Source: Eledone cirrhosa (lineage: Eukaryota). From it: a stretch of 64,000 bases of DNA. A program made the translations under genes and the position numbers. The DNA lies in contig OZ024742.1 in NCBI GenBank assembly GCA_964016885.1, positions 142,538,001 to 142,602,000 on the forward strand. Reading direction: 5' to 3'. This document shows, one piece after another, positions 12,501 to 24,967 of the stretch (position 1 is its first letter; every line of letters starts with the position of its first letter). The notes beneath the pieces are model-generated. The model saw nothing but the letters and a program-made list of their open reading frames with translations, did not search any database and was not told the DNA's origin.

Positions 12501-12848
12501 TGGAGGCATATGGCTTAGTGGTTAGAGCATTGGCCTTGCAATCGAAAGATTGTGAGTTCAATTCTCAGCCCGGGTGATGCGTTGTTTCCTTGAGCAAGAC
12601 ACTTTATTTCACATTGCTCCAGTTTACTCAGCTGTAGAAATGAGATGATAGGACTGAGGTCCATATCATTCCACTGTAAAGTGGTCGTGGAGGTGCCACG
12701 GCAAAAAAGCACCCAGCACTCACTGTAAATGAGGTTGGTGTTAGGAAGGGCATCCAGCTGTAGAAATCAAGCCAGAATCAGTTCCCGTCCCACCCTTGCA
12801 AGCAGGGAAAAGCGGACGTAAAATGATGATGATGAAGACGATGATGAT
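12501..12848 (+). mobile_element. tRNA-derived CORE-like SINE with RTE-type 3' tail
   Basis: A-box TGGCTTAGTGG, B-box GAGTTCAATTC, CORE-like ccttgagcaagacacttta, then ggttggtgttaggaagggcatccagctgtagaaa and (ATG)n shared with the RTE 3' ends. Confidence 0.85.
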
Positions 12849-13851
12849 ATACATACTTTAAGGTGGTAGTAATTCTATAGGTCTCCATTCAGCCATTTCA
12901 AAAACCCAAAGAACAATGCAACCTCTCAATATAAGTAATCGATTACCAACTATCGATTTTGGTAATACATCAAAGACAAGGATTTACTCATCAGTGGAGA
13001 TTGTTTTAATATGTGTCTCACGCTGTACAAAATGCTATATATTTGTCCAGGGAGATGATTTAAAATCCCATCTACATAGTGTCAAAACAATGTTTAAGAG
13101 CGAGGGTGGGACGTTATAGGTGCTGGATTTAGTTCTGAAAAATCTGTCTGACTTAACAAATTAACAAAAATCTGTCTGACTCAAACAAATTAACAAAATT
13201 TGGAGTAATATACTATATTATGGTCTTGATACATAAAATCCCATTGAATGAAAAAGGATGGACATCAGCACACATGGGGGCTGATGTCTATTCTTTTTCT
13301 GTTCAGTGTTCTTTTCAAAGTTATGGCAAAATCTTTTAATTGAATTTTCACATTCTGCTCACTGTTTTATATATATATATATATATATGTGTGAAATTTC
13401 AAAGCATTAATTCATTTACAATACCGGTTTCAGCATTAAATGCATTGTCAATTGCGGATATGCAGAATATTGTTAAGTTGCATATTTGTAGAAATAGTGA
13501 AAATAATGATAATAACAAAATAAAAAAAAAATTATAGAGAGGGGAAGAAAAGTTAATTTTCACAGAGAAGAAAGTCAATTTGTCTGTCCGTCCTTCTCTG
13601 CTAATGGCTTGGCTGTGACTGGAAAGGGTAGAAGCAGGAGGGAAGAGGAAGGAGGGGGAGGAGGCAGGGGATGGTTGTTGTGGCTGCAGACTGTTATGTG
13701 GCACCCTTTGATATGTGGATACAGGGTTTGACTGGGATTGGTTTGAAAAGCATTAGAGAGAAAAAAGGTAAAGTTGGAAATAGCATGGGAAATATTTAAG
13801 GGTCTGTTTTTCTTTTTTGATTCGTCAAAGTGACATTATTGAAAAGATAAC

Positions 13852-14454
13852 ATTATTAAAAAAATGAGAGGGACAATTCTTTTTAAAAAAATTTGTTATA
13901 ATGTATATAAAGTATATGAAGGATTACCGGTTTTGATGTGTTCTTAAAATCCATCTTATCAAATGTTGAGTGTAAAAAAATTAAAAAGAGTTGATAGGAG
14001 TTAAAAACGAAGGGTTTAAAATTAAAATCAAAATCAAATGTTTGGATAAATTTTCTTCCATCCTTCTTACTGAAAGAATTGGCTGGAAAGAGAAGGTTAC
14101 TTGTTTTTTTTTCACTGGAGGAAGTTGGGGACTATTGACCACTCGATTAACAATACACTTACAGGATGTTTTTCAAAACACAACTTCCTCCTGTGAAAAA
14201 AAAACAAGTAATCTTCTCTTTCCAGCCAATTCTTTCAGCAAGAAGGATGGAAGAAAATTTATCCAAACATTTGATTTTGATTTTGATTTTAATTTTAAAC
14301 TCTTCGTTTTTAACTCCTATCAACTCTTTTTAATTTTTTCACACTCAACATTTGATAAGATGGATTTTAAGAACACATCAAAACCGGTAATCCTTCGTAT
14401 ACTATTATAAAGAATTTTTTTAAAAAGAATTGTCCCTCTCATTTTTTTAATAAT
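13852..14454. repeat. Fold-back element, ~275-bp inverted arms
   Basis: 13852-14126 is the reverse complement of 14181-14454 with few mismatches. Confidence 0.9.
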
Positions 14455-15167
14455 TGTTTCTACTTTAGGCACAAGGTCAGCAATTACCCAGGGCATTACT
14501 GGTACTTTATTTTATCGACCCCATAAGAATGAAAGGCAAAGTCAACCTCAGCGGGATTTGAACTCAGATCATAAAGGGACGTAACTATGCTGGAAAGCAT
14601 GGCGTCCGACCCTCCACCGATACTGTACCCTGAAACTTTATTATGTCTATCAATAATATATTTAACTTTTACATAAATGCTTCCTTCTGAAAATTCTTTA
14701 ACTAAGTCTCCCCAATTTTAAACCTAGATCTTACCTTTCTAACCTTTAATCTTATCTTAAATTATATATTTTAATTCTAAACATAAATTTTACATTTCTA
14801 ATCTTTAATCGTAATTTCTAACTCTACATTAAAAAAACCTACTGTACATCCGACCACTATATATATATTTTTTTTATATATTTCTTAGTACTTTTTAGCA
14901 CTTCTGACTAACTTCTTCTATGCAATCTGATCTCACCACTAGCATCTGTCCATGACGGGGTAGTAGTGATATATACACTATAAGCAAACGGCCCCTTGAC
15001 CAGACCAACAAGACAAAATTAAGTAGATTCCTCACTTGAAGGCGGCTGCTCACCGGGACTAGCAACTGCTAAGTTTTGGCCACCTTCTCGTCTTGGGCAT
15101 TTCTCTCTGCTTTTCAGCCCCTTGGATTGTGTCTATTATTATATTCCTTTGTTGGATAAATTTCGGA

Positions 15168-15225
15168 ATACCTGATGATGTCACCGGATTCATACTGCAC
15201 CTGGTCATTGAAATGTTCATAGTAT
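15168..15225 (+). ncRNA. Type I hammerhead ribozyme motif (family B)
   Basis: Stem I atac/gtat, CUGAUGA, long stem II, GAAAUG-uu-CAUA; cleavage triplet AUA. Lies in element ~15110-15420, homologous to 33600-33907(-). Confidence 0.7.
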
Positions 15226-15414
15226 AATAAATCTGTAAGGAATTACACCAGTCCAGCCTCCTGTCATTTTATAATAATTAACTCCGTACTCACACCACCA
15301 ACAACACAAACAAAGACAGGTGAGTTGCATTACGTCAAGTGCTCTCCCTAATATTACATCAAGGTTGACTATACGGAATGTCCAGTTCTATCCAGTGGTG
15401 AACCAACAAACCTA

Positions 15415-15453
<39 letters not shown>

Positions 15454-15467
15454 TACCTTTTACATAC

Positions 15468-15499
<32 letters not shown>

Positions 15500-15504
15500 G
15501 TAGG

Positions 15505-15684
15505 TCCCGGGTTGAGTCGGGGATAACCACAGTAAGTAAGGTACTCAATACATGGCAGAGTAAAACTTTTTTATTTTATAGAAGGAGCTTCTACAGGACT
15601 AGTACCGTTTCCTTCAGATGAAATCTTCAGGAAGCTCCTGAAGAATTCATCTGAATGAAACAGTACTAGTCCTGTAGAAGCTCC

Positions 15685-15691
<7 letters not shown>
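15505..15691. mobile_element. Mini fold-back element family A, hammerhead motifs on both strands (15587-15635 -, 15633-15681 +)
   Basis: Minus strand: GCUUC CUGAAGA..GAAAC..CUGUA GAAGC. Terminus tcccgggttgagtcggggataaccacagtaagtaaggtactcaatac is shared with 23878 and 46985; flanked by (TA)n. Confidence 0.8.
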
Positions 15692-15739
<48 letters not shown>

Positions 15740-15823
15740 AAAGGTAAACAGAAATAACAACACAATCGGTACAGTATACAGAAAGGATATATTAGGTTAA
15801 CGCTTGATATAGCAGGAAGAGGG

Positions 15824-15859
15824 TCTTAACGTTTCGGATGCTAGTCCTTCATCAGAAGA
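15824..15859 (-). ncRNA. Minimal hammerhead ribozyme motif (family C)
   Basis: UCUU CUGAUGA AGGAC UAGC AUCC GAAAC GUU AAGA. A second copy at ~23110-23146(+) has GAAA changed to AAAA. Confidence 0.75.
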
Positions 15860-16078
15860 AAGAATGAGAAATAAGATAGATTGAGGGGACGGGCAGATTG
15901 GAATTGGAAAAAATGTCTTTAGATAAAAATAACAGGTCCATTCATGTTGACATCTCTTTTGTTGGATTTTCTAATTGGATTTCCACCCCAAAACTGGATA
16001 ACAACCCGGACGGAGTACACCTGAACTTCCACCAGGAAATTTTTTGTATCATTGAAATTTTCTTTGCTTCTTATATAT

Positions 16079-16551
16079 ATATTGTTATACTTTGGAAGGG
16101 TCATACTGCCAAGAAAAACACATGCACCTGTTGGTTTTCACTTCAATTAATTATAAATTTCCGGTTGGTTCGATCACCGGATGGTTGTTTATATATTGTC
16201 AAAGCTCTTTCGTCACACATTCTGTGACCTCCTCAGTGACTGGGTTTTTTTTGTCTCCCCCCTTTTTTCTGTCCTACACCATCTTGTTTTTGTGTTGCAT
16301 GCTTTACAAAAATAAGATGGAAATACAAAATAAAAACCCAGTCACTGAGGAGGTCACAGAAGGTGTGATGAAAGAGCTTTGACAATATATAAACAACCAT
16401 ATGATTATCGAACCAACCAACCAACCAGAAATTTATAATAAATTGAAGGGAAAACTAACAGGTGTCTGTGTTTTCATTGGCAGCATGACCCTCCCAAAGT
16501 ATAACAATATCTGTTTCAACACATGTTTTCAGATAAGAAATCTTGCAAAAC
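16079..16551. mobile_element. Penelope pLTR-derived fold-back with hammerhead motifs (16198-16240 -, 16341-16383 +)
   Basis: Inverted arms ~16079-16252 / 16330-16510. Motif GUCA CUGAGGA G GUCACA..UGUGAC GAAA GAGCUU UGAC. The 3' end atgaccctcccaaagtataacaatatctgtttc matches the end of the Penelope-like element (31892-31960). Confidence 0.75.
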
Positions 16552-17923
16552 AAATTCAAAAACAAAGTATATATATATAATTTAGATTAAAAGATATTAT
16601 TGATGCTCTGGACAAATGTCCATTTACTGGGAAACATAATCATCATACATTTTATATATGCTATGATACTTTAATATGATTCAAGGTTCAATTGATGATA
16701 GACCTAATCCATCACCTGGTTTAACACCACCTAGCCTTTGAATGTTTTTAGCAGAGTTTGAGTATACTCTCCTTCCTTCCACCAGTTTCAGATCCCTGAA
16801 ATAAGTCGTGACCCCAGCCCTTCTGCACATAACAAAATAGTAAATAAAAAAAAAACTTTAAGTGAATTAAATTTAAAAAAACAAATAACTAAAGCAAACA
16901 TTAATAAATATTGACAATTCCTAATGGATGGTTGATACCTCTTATTGTCTACTCTGGGGGAGAAAATGTCATGTTTGACACAACCTCTTTGAAAGTAATT
17001 CTAAAAAGGAGGTTAACAGAAGGAGATGTTGGGAGGAGGTAGGTCAACAATGGTTCCAATTCTCATGTCCTCTGTGTAGGTAAAAAAATAGGCTTATACA
17101 GCTATTTTATAATATACATATATATTCAATAGAATCAAAATCTTGACACCAAGAAATTGTATTGATAATGAGTATGGGATTTAGCTACCATTTCTAGCAG
17201 GTTGGGTGACTATTGAGAGACTTCCCAATTTACTCATATTAGCTTATGTTAAAACACAATGAAAATACATATTTTCAACGATACAATGTTAACTCTTTTA
17301 TTACAATATTTCTAATGAAAGACACTGCCTCTGATTTTCAAATAATTTTTTAAATGATAAAAAATTTCGAAGGATTTAGTTAAATATTTTCCCATTATTA
17401 AGGTAGTATTTGTATCATAACTTAAAAAAAGTGTTTTACATAAAATTATAATGGAAAGTTTTAATTAAAAAATGAACACAGTAAAACAAATAGTTTATCA
17501 TCATAGAACGAGGGGTGGTTTCAAGCAGGTTGGTATCAAAAGGATTACATTTCATTTCACAGCAATTGCAAATATGTTCACAGTTCAAATTTCATTGCTT
17601 TTGAAGAATTCCAGACTAATTCTTATTGAAATAGTAAAACTGTAGTAGAGACACTTAATAAGTAGCCAACTATGAGGGGATGCTGAAACGTCAGCTTAAC
17701 CACTTTAAACCGCCCCTGGTTCTATGATCAAGCTGTTTATCTTAAAGTTTATATATTTATCAAAAAACCTTCCACTATAATTTTATGTAAGATCTTTTGT
17801 TATGTTTAAAATATCAGATTAATGAGAAAGTTAATTGTATTACTTAATCTTTCCAAATTCTTGATTATTTGAAAATCATAGGCTGTGTTTTTCATCAGGA
17901 TTATGGTAAAAAAAAAGGTTTAA

Positions 17924-19138
17924 CATGTCACATGAAGTGGTTGGCATTAGGAAGGCCATACAGCTGTAGAAACCATGTCACATGAAGTGGTTGGCATTAG
18001 GAAGGTCGTACAGCTGTAGAAACCATGTCACATGAAGTGGTTGGCATTAGGAAGGTCGTACAGCTGTAGAAACCATGTCACATGAAGTGGTTGGCGTTAG
18101 GAAGGTCGTACAGCTGTAGAAACCATGTCACATGAAGTGGTTGGCATTAGGAAGGTCGTACAGCTGTAGAAACCAAGTCACATGAAGGGGTTGGCATTAG
18201 GAAGGTCGTACAGCTGTAGAAACCAAGTCACATGAAGTGGTTGACATTAGGAAGGTCGTACAGCTGTAGAAACCAAGTCACATGAAGGGGTTGGCATTAG
18301 GAAGGTCGTACAGCTGTAGAAACCATGTCACATGAAGTGGTTGGCATTAGGAAGGTCGTACAGCTGTAGAAACCATGTCACATGAAGTGGTTGGCGTTAG
18401 GAAGGTCGTACAGCTGTAGAAACCATGTCACATGAAGTGGTTGGCATTAGGAAGGTCGTACAGCTGTAGAAACCAAGTCACATGAAGGGGTTGGCATTAG
18501 GAAGGTCGTACAGCTGTAGAAACCAAGTCACATGAAGTGGTTGACATTAGGAAGGTCGTACAGCTGTAGAAACCAAGTCACATGAAGTGGTTGACATTAG
18601 GAAGGTCGTACAGCTGTAGAAACCATGTCACATGAAGTGGTTGGCATTAGGAAGGTCGTACAGCTGTAGAAACCATGTCACATGAAGTGGTTGGCATTAG
18701 GAAGGTCGTACAGCTGTAGAAACCATGTCACATGAAGTGGTTGGCATTAGGAAGGTCGTACAGCTGTAGAAACCATGTCACATGAAGTGGTTGGCATTAG
18801 GAAGGTCGTACAGCTGTAGAAACCAAGTCACATGAAGTGGTTGGAATTAGGAAGGTCGTACAGCTGTAGAAACCATGTCACGTGAAGTGGTTGGCATTAG
18901 GAAGGTCGTACAACTGTAGAAACCATGGCACATGAAGTGGTTGGCATTAGGAAGGTCGTACAGCTGTAGAAACCATGTCACATGAAGTGGTTGGCATTAG
19001 GAAGGCCATACAGCTGTAGAAACCATGTCACATGAAGTGGTTGGCATTAGGAAGGCCATACAGCTGTAGAAACCATGTCACATGAAGTGGTTGGCATTAG
19101 GAAGGCCATACAGCTGTAGAAACCATGTCACATGAAGT
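17924..19138. repeat. 50-bp tandem satellite (~24 copies) derived from the RTE/SINE 3' tail
   Basis: Unit aaccatgtcacatgaagtggttggcattaggaaggtcgtacagctgtaga; similar to gtggttggtgttaggaagggcatccagctgtagaaa in the RTE UTRs. Confidence 0.95.
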
Positions 19139-19554
19139 CAATTTAGCAAAACTTTTCATTACTGCTCCAAACATGTTTTCTTTAATTTCTTCTTTTTTTT
19201 TGCTCTCCAAAAATGATGTATGAGAATAGCTTTAAGTATTAGAAGGTTCAACTATTCCATCAACCTAATTCTGAGGAAGTTACAACTGATTATTTCATTG
19301 ACCTATTAACATTGTTAAATAACTGGCCAATGATAGCTGGTTGGAGAGCACATTTATACATATATACATACACTTATATAGATATATATGTGATACATAC
19401 ACTTATATAGATATATATGAATGTATGTATATATATATATATGAATGTGTGTGTGTGTCATCATCGTTTAACGCCCGCTTACACTGCTAACAATGGTTTG
19501 ACGTTTGTGTATGAGTATATATATATATATATATATATATACAAACACACATAT

Positions 19555-20045
19555 ATCATCATCCTTTTTATGTCTGCTTTTCCTTGCATGCATGGGTTGG
19601 AAGGGTCTTTTTTAGCACCGTATCCTTCCACCTATTGCATTCCTTCATCAGCTGCTCTGTCAGATTCAGTGTTTTTAAATTCACTATCATCACCTTCATT
19701 GGTCTTCCTATACTGTAGCTTTCACCCATTAGGAGCTTCTGGCACATATTCACCTAACAATCATCATATATACGCATCACATGCCCATACCAGAGCAATC
19801 TTCTCTCTTACACTACATTTGATTACTCTTATTCCTATTTTTCTCTCAGCCCATTCATGCTTTGCTATACATACATATTAACATAACACATCCGTCAAAG
19901 TATGCTCACTTTATTTATCTCCAGCTTCTACATAACTTCTGCATTTACTGTCCATGTTCTATTTCCATGCAACATCACACTTCACTTGCAGTCATTATAC
20001 AGCAGGCCTTTTGTTTGTCGAGAGAAAACCTTTGTTGTCAACAAA
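19555..20045 (-). mobile_element. Older degenerate RTE 3' fragment
   Basis: Residual LWYGHV and GRP-like motifs plus an RTE-type tail; lies directly next to the younger copy at 20052. Confidence 0.55.
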
Positions 20046-20051
20046 AAGCAA

Positions 20052-21329
20052 TCATCATCATCATCGTTTAACGTCCATCTTCCATGCTTGCATGGATTTG
20101 GACGGGAATTTTCCCACTTGAGGCAAGATTGGTTGTCTCGCTCGTATAGGACTACCTGGCAGGTTTTCTATGGCTGGATGCCCTTCCTAACACCAACCAC
20201 GTTTACAGTGTGGACTGGGAGGTTTTTACCATGTTACCTACACGGCCACATTACAGCGTGGACTGTGTGTTTTTTGTCGTGACACCTACACGACCTCATT
20301 TGTTTCGGACTGGATGTTGTGGTACCAACATAACTTTACATTGAAAGGGGTGGTGTGGATGGGGTGGGGGTAGTGGGACGGGGGGGTGTTTTTGTTAGAG
20401 GTGCCTACTGACTGTAGGTTTCGCTTTATACTTAGGCAAGGCGGGTCTTCTGTATTACTGTGTAGCACCAAAGATCTCGGTCCAGTGACATTGTCTTGGA
20501 GAAGTGTAAGTGTGTAAGGTCGGAATTTATCAAGTCATCCCAGGTTTTTCTGGGTCTGCCTACTCCGTGGCTACCGTCTATTTTTATCGCCCTGCACTTT
20601 TTTATACAGCTGTCGTCTTTCATGCGCATCACGTGACCATACCAACGTAGTCTTCTCTCGAGTAAACAGCATCTTATCCCTCTTATTCCTAATTTCTCAC
20701 TTAGTTAATTTATGCTTTGCCGTTCACGTATATTGCTATTACACATCCAACGGAGCATGCAAGCTTCGTTCCTCTCCAGTCTGCACACAATGCCCATGTC
20801 TCACTGCCATGTAACATTGCTGTTCGTATGCAGGCATCATACAGTCTGCCTTTCATTTTTAGAGAGAACCCTTTAGCGGCCAATAGTGGTATAAGCTCTC
20901 TGAACTTTTTCCATCCAGTTCTGACTCTAGCTACTGTACTTTCAGAGCACCCTCCACCACTGCTGATTTTGTCACCCAGGTAACGGAAGGTGTCCACTAT
21001 TTCTATAGAACCATCTGTGCAATGGAATGAGCTAGTATTCTGTGGGCACTTGCTGCTACTTATTGCACCTGAGCACCAGCCACATATAAAATCTATATTC
21101 TTAGTTAACTTACCTGTGATCCCACTTCATCTTTTATGCACCCATACTTTGCATTTGGGACATAAAATGGAGTTTCTGCCTACTCCTTTCCTACACACTG
21201 AGCATGGCCATTTCCAAGATGGGGCCGGTGCCCTATTTTCCTTCCTACAAACTAGAACTTTAGTCTTAGACAGTTAATTTTAAGGTCTTTTGATTCTAGG
21301 CGATGCTTCCATGTTTGGAATTTCTTCTA
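20052..21329 (-). mobile_element. 5'-truncated RTE LINE with PHD-like finger
   Basis: Near-identical to 866-2150; TFRYLG, MLHGSETW, GRPRKTW; (TCA)n tail. Confidence 0.92.
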
Positions 21330-21382
21330 ACTTTGGAAATTCTTTTAACTTTTTTCAGCTTGTTCTAATTCCAGTTACTATA

Positions 21383-22623
21383 CAAGGTTTGTCCCAAAAG
21401 TAAGGATACTGATGTTTTATTTAAATGTGTATTAGACGTACATGAAATTACAAGTTATCTCCTTCAAAATACGACCCTTGGGAAGTCACACAGTAGTTCC
21501 AATGTTTTTTCTATTGATCATAGCAGTACCAGAAGTCATTTTCTCTGAGTGTCCTTAACTCATCTGTTACAATTTATTGTATGTTTTCCACAGTCTCCAA
21601 ATGATGACCCTTCAACTTTGATTTCAACTCAAGGAAAAGGTAGAAATCATGGAGTTAGATCTGGGCTGTAGGGAGGATGTGGAAGAGTGGGAATGTTTTT
21701 CTTCACTAGAAATTCTCTAATTGAAAGTGTTGTGTGGGGCAGGCCACAGTGTCATACCCAATCTCCAGCAGTGTCCTTTCGAACTTGCTGGACCAGTTTT
21801 CGAAGTTGTTCCAAGACATCTTTGTAGAAGGTGCGATTAACTGTCTGTCCTGGAGACAGAATTTCTTTGTGAACAATACCAAGGCTGTCAAAAAATGATC
21901 ATTTTCACCCAGGATCTGCTCATGTGTGCTTTTTTCAGATAAGGAGAATTTTTCGAGTGCCATTCCTCCCTTTGGCGTTTTGTCTCTGGATCATACTCAA
22001 ATACCCATGATTCCTCTCCTGTTATTACTTTAGCCAAGAAATTTGACTCAATCCTGATAAACTTCCAACCAGTTCACTTTTTGTTTCCCAGACAAGTGTT
22101 TGCACAAATTTTTACATGTGTAAATGGTCTGTTAAAATTCTGTGAACTACAATTTTATCCAAGCCCGTTTCTTCTACAATCATCCTTACACTTAATCAGC
22201 CATCATTTGCCATCAACAATTGCACCAATTTCACATTTTTTTCATTGGCCTTCCAGAATGATATTCATCTTCAACATTTTCTCAGCGTGTTTTTAAAGCG
22301 TTGTGCCACTTAAAAACCTTACTTCTTTATCAAATGGCATCTCCATCAGCTTGCGTTAAAGAATTAAATTTTTTGGTGGTGGATTTGTTGAGTTTCACAC
22401 AAAATTAGATTGTTCAATATTTTCCTGCATCACAAATGTAACAGAGGTTATAGACATGTCTGTACATAAACAACAATAACTCATGACTCACTCAATCGAC
22501 CATGTTGAAACAAGTATGTATGTGAAGCTAAGGTCATAACCAACATGTTTATGTACATCAATGAGATGTCTTACGATGCCATACATAGGAAAATCAGTAC
22601 CATTACTTTTGGGACAAACCTCG
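21383..22623 (-). mobile_element. Second copy of the mariner transposon, opposite orientation
   Basis: TA-flanked TIRs caaggtttgtcccaaaagtaagg / ccattacttttgggacaaacctcg; reverse-complement homolog of 3331-4582. Confidence 0.9.
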
Positions 22624-23399
22624 TACATTTAAAGCAACCTCCTCCACTGATAATTCAATCGCCTAGCTAAAAGCCATCAACTACTTTTATTGAGCTTCTC
22701 CAGGACTGATGAAAGTTTCTTACACAAGAGCTCTTACTACTATCTACCCCTGTGCATCTCCTACATACAAAGTCTACCTTTTCTGTTAGTCTGCCTACAT
22801 CTCTTGTGTAACCATGTTTTACATCATGTACATTTACTCCTTTTCTACATTTTGAGCATGGCTACTTCCCTGATACAACTAGAGACCTGTTTTCTTTCCT
22901 ACTTACTGTGAGTATTTATATATATCATCATCATCGTTTAACATCTATTTTCCACACTAGCATGGGTTATATAGACACGCTCCATCATCCACTTTTCTAA
23001 AAAATAAATCATACACAAAATGCCAGCACCAACAGTTTTGAAAGAGATGTCAATATGAATGGACCTGTTATTTTTATCTAAAGACATTTTTTCCAATTCC
23101 AACCCATTCTTTCTTCTGATGAAGGACTAGCGTCCAAAACGTTAAGACCCTCTTCCTGCTATATCGAGCGTTAACCTAATATATCCTTCCATATACTGTA
23201 CCAATTGTGTTGTTATTTCTGTTTACCTTTTACATACATTATATATATATATATATATATATATAGATAAATCTACCAAAAGTTTACGGTAGTGTCCAAT
23301 CCGTATAAAGAACTCAATGTAATCCGGATATCATGAAAAGAAGAGATGCATTCAAAAGTCACTTTCGGTGAAAGATAAACGGAATACAGAGTCAAGATA

Positions 23400-23622
23400 A
23401 AATATTAAAAAAATAATGAATAAACAAAGAAACAGTTCCTTATATTAAACAAAAAAAGTTCATTATTTTACGATCGTTTCTAGGACATATATGTGTTAGA
23501 ATTGGTATGCATACCAATTCTAACACATATATGTCCTAGAAACGATCGTAAAATAATGAACTTTTTTTGTTTAATATAGGGAACTGTTTCTTTGTTTATT
23601 CATTTTTTTTTTATATTTTATA
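23400..23622. repeat. Near-perfect spacerless palindrome centred on tatgcata (23507-23514)
   Basis: Arms of ~110 bp are reverse complements; includes the half-hammerhead-like GAAAC GAUC GUA. Confidence 0.9.
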
Positions 23623-23877
23623 TATATATTATATATATATTTTATATATACATCATCACATTGTATGTGTGTATAATAAACTTATATATGACAAGTGGAG
23701 GTAAACAACTGTAACTTGTCCAGATAGATGTTTATATATGCTAATTTAACAGCGGTTATTTGGTATACAACAGATACTAGGCAGTTCTGTCAACTTTTTA
23801 ATATTTTGTCATGCTTGTAAACATATGAAGTTCATCATGCATAAATTAATAATCTTAACCATATATATATAGGTACA

Positions 23878-24521
23878 TTATTCCGGGTTGAATCGGAGGT
23901 AACCACAGTAAGTAAGGTACTCAATACATTGCAGAGTATAAAAGTTTTAATATAGATGAGATTCTACAGGACTAGAACTGTTTCATTCTTTAGAAATCAT
24001 CAGGAATCTGGGTATCAAAAAATAAATATGGTATTTATAGGTCTCTTCAGGTGGTAGGAGAGGGTAGGGAGTGGGATGGGTGTAGGTCATTGGTTGATAG
24101 AAAAGGGAATTCATTAAAAGCTAATTCTTCAAAGCTATAGTTTATATTTAGAGTAACAAAGGCAGAAAGAATTCTATAAACAAGTTCAGAATGGGGTACC
24201 ACTCCTTATTTTTAAGTTTCTCTTAAGCTAACAATGCCTAGATTTCAGGTGTCTATAAGATCATTGGGGGGTCAGTCATGGTTGTTTATAGAATTCTTTC
24301 TGCCTTTGTTACTGTAAATATAAACTATAGCTTTGAAGAATTAGCTTTTAATGAATTCCCTTTTCTATCAACCAATGACCTACACCCATCCCACTCCCTA
24401 CCCTCTCCTACCACCTGAAGAGACCTATAAATACCATATTTATTTTTTGATACCCAGATTCCTGATGATTTCTAAAGAATGAAACAGTTCTAGTCCTGTA
24501 GAATCTCATCTATATTAAAAC
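23878..24521. mobile_element. Family A fold-back element, 240-bp arms, hammerheads at 23959-24009(-) and 24456-24506(+)
   Basis: Arms 23944-24183 / 24282-24521. Motif AGAUUC CUGAUGA uuucuaaagaau GAAACAG uucuaguc CUGUA GAAUCU (6-bp stem I, 4-bp stem III, GUA triplet). Confidence 0.85.
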
Positions 24522-24820
24522 TATATATATATATATATAAAAGGATAAAGATCCCATAACTCCTTGTGGAGTCATAGAGGCACCGTCATATGGCGTGTCT
24601 AGGGCACATTTAAACCTGGCGGAGCCCAACTCTCTCCAGCCAATTTTTACTATAGAGGAAGAATCGATCCCAGTACTAAACTGGTACTTTTTTTTTATCG
24701 ACCTCGAAAGGATGAAAGGCAAAGTTGACCATGGTGGGATTTGAACTCAGAGCACGCAAAGAGGTGGGATGAATACTGTAAAGCATTTTATCCAACGCCT
24801 TAATGACTCTGCCAATTCAC

Positions 24821-24868
<48 letters not shown>

Positions 24869-24912
24869 AAAGTTTTAAAAAGTCAAATGTTTAAAATTTA
24901 GCTTCGTTTATT

Positions 24913-24967
24913 ACTGCTATATATATTTCGGTGACAGCCATCTTTGGCTGTGACCTCTTCAGGCAGT
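24913..24967 (-). ncRNA. Type I hammerhead ribozyme motif (family E)
   Basis: ACUGC CUGAAGA GGU-c-ACAGCCA aaga UGGCUGU-c-ACC GAAAUAUAUAUA GCAGU. Confidence 0.8.

Noticed and set aside
12501-12575. tRNA gene
   Set aside because: A and B boxes are present but continue into a SINE body and LINE-derived tail; multi-copy.
17924-19138. CRISPR-like regular array
   Set aside because: Units are contiguous with no unique spacers, there are no cas genes, and the context is eukaryotic; it is a tandem satellite.
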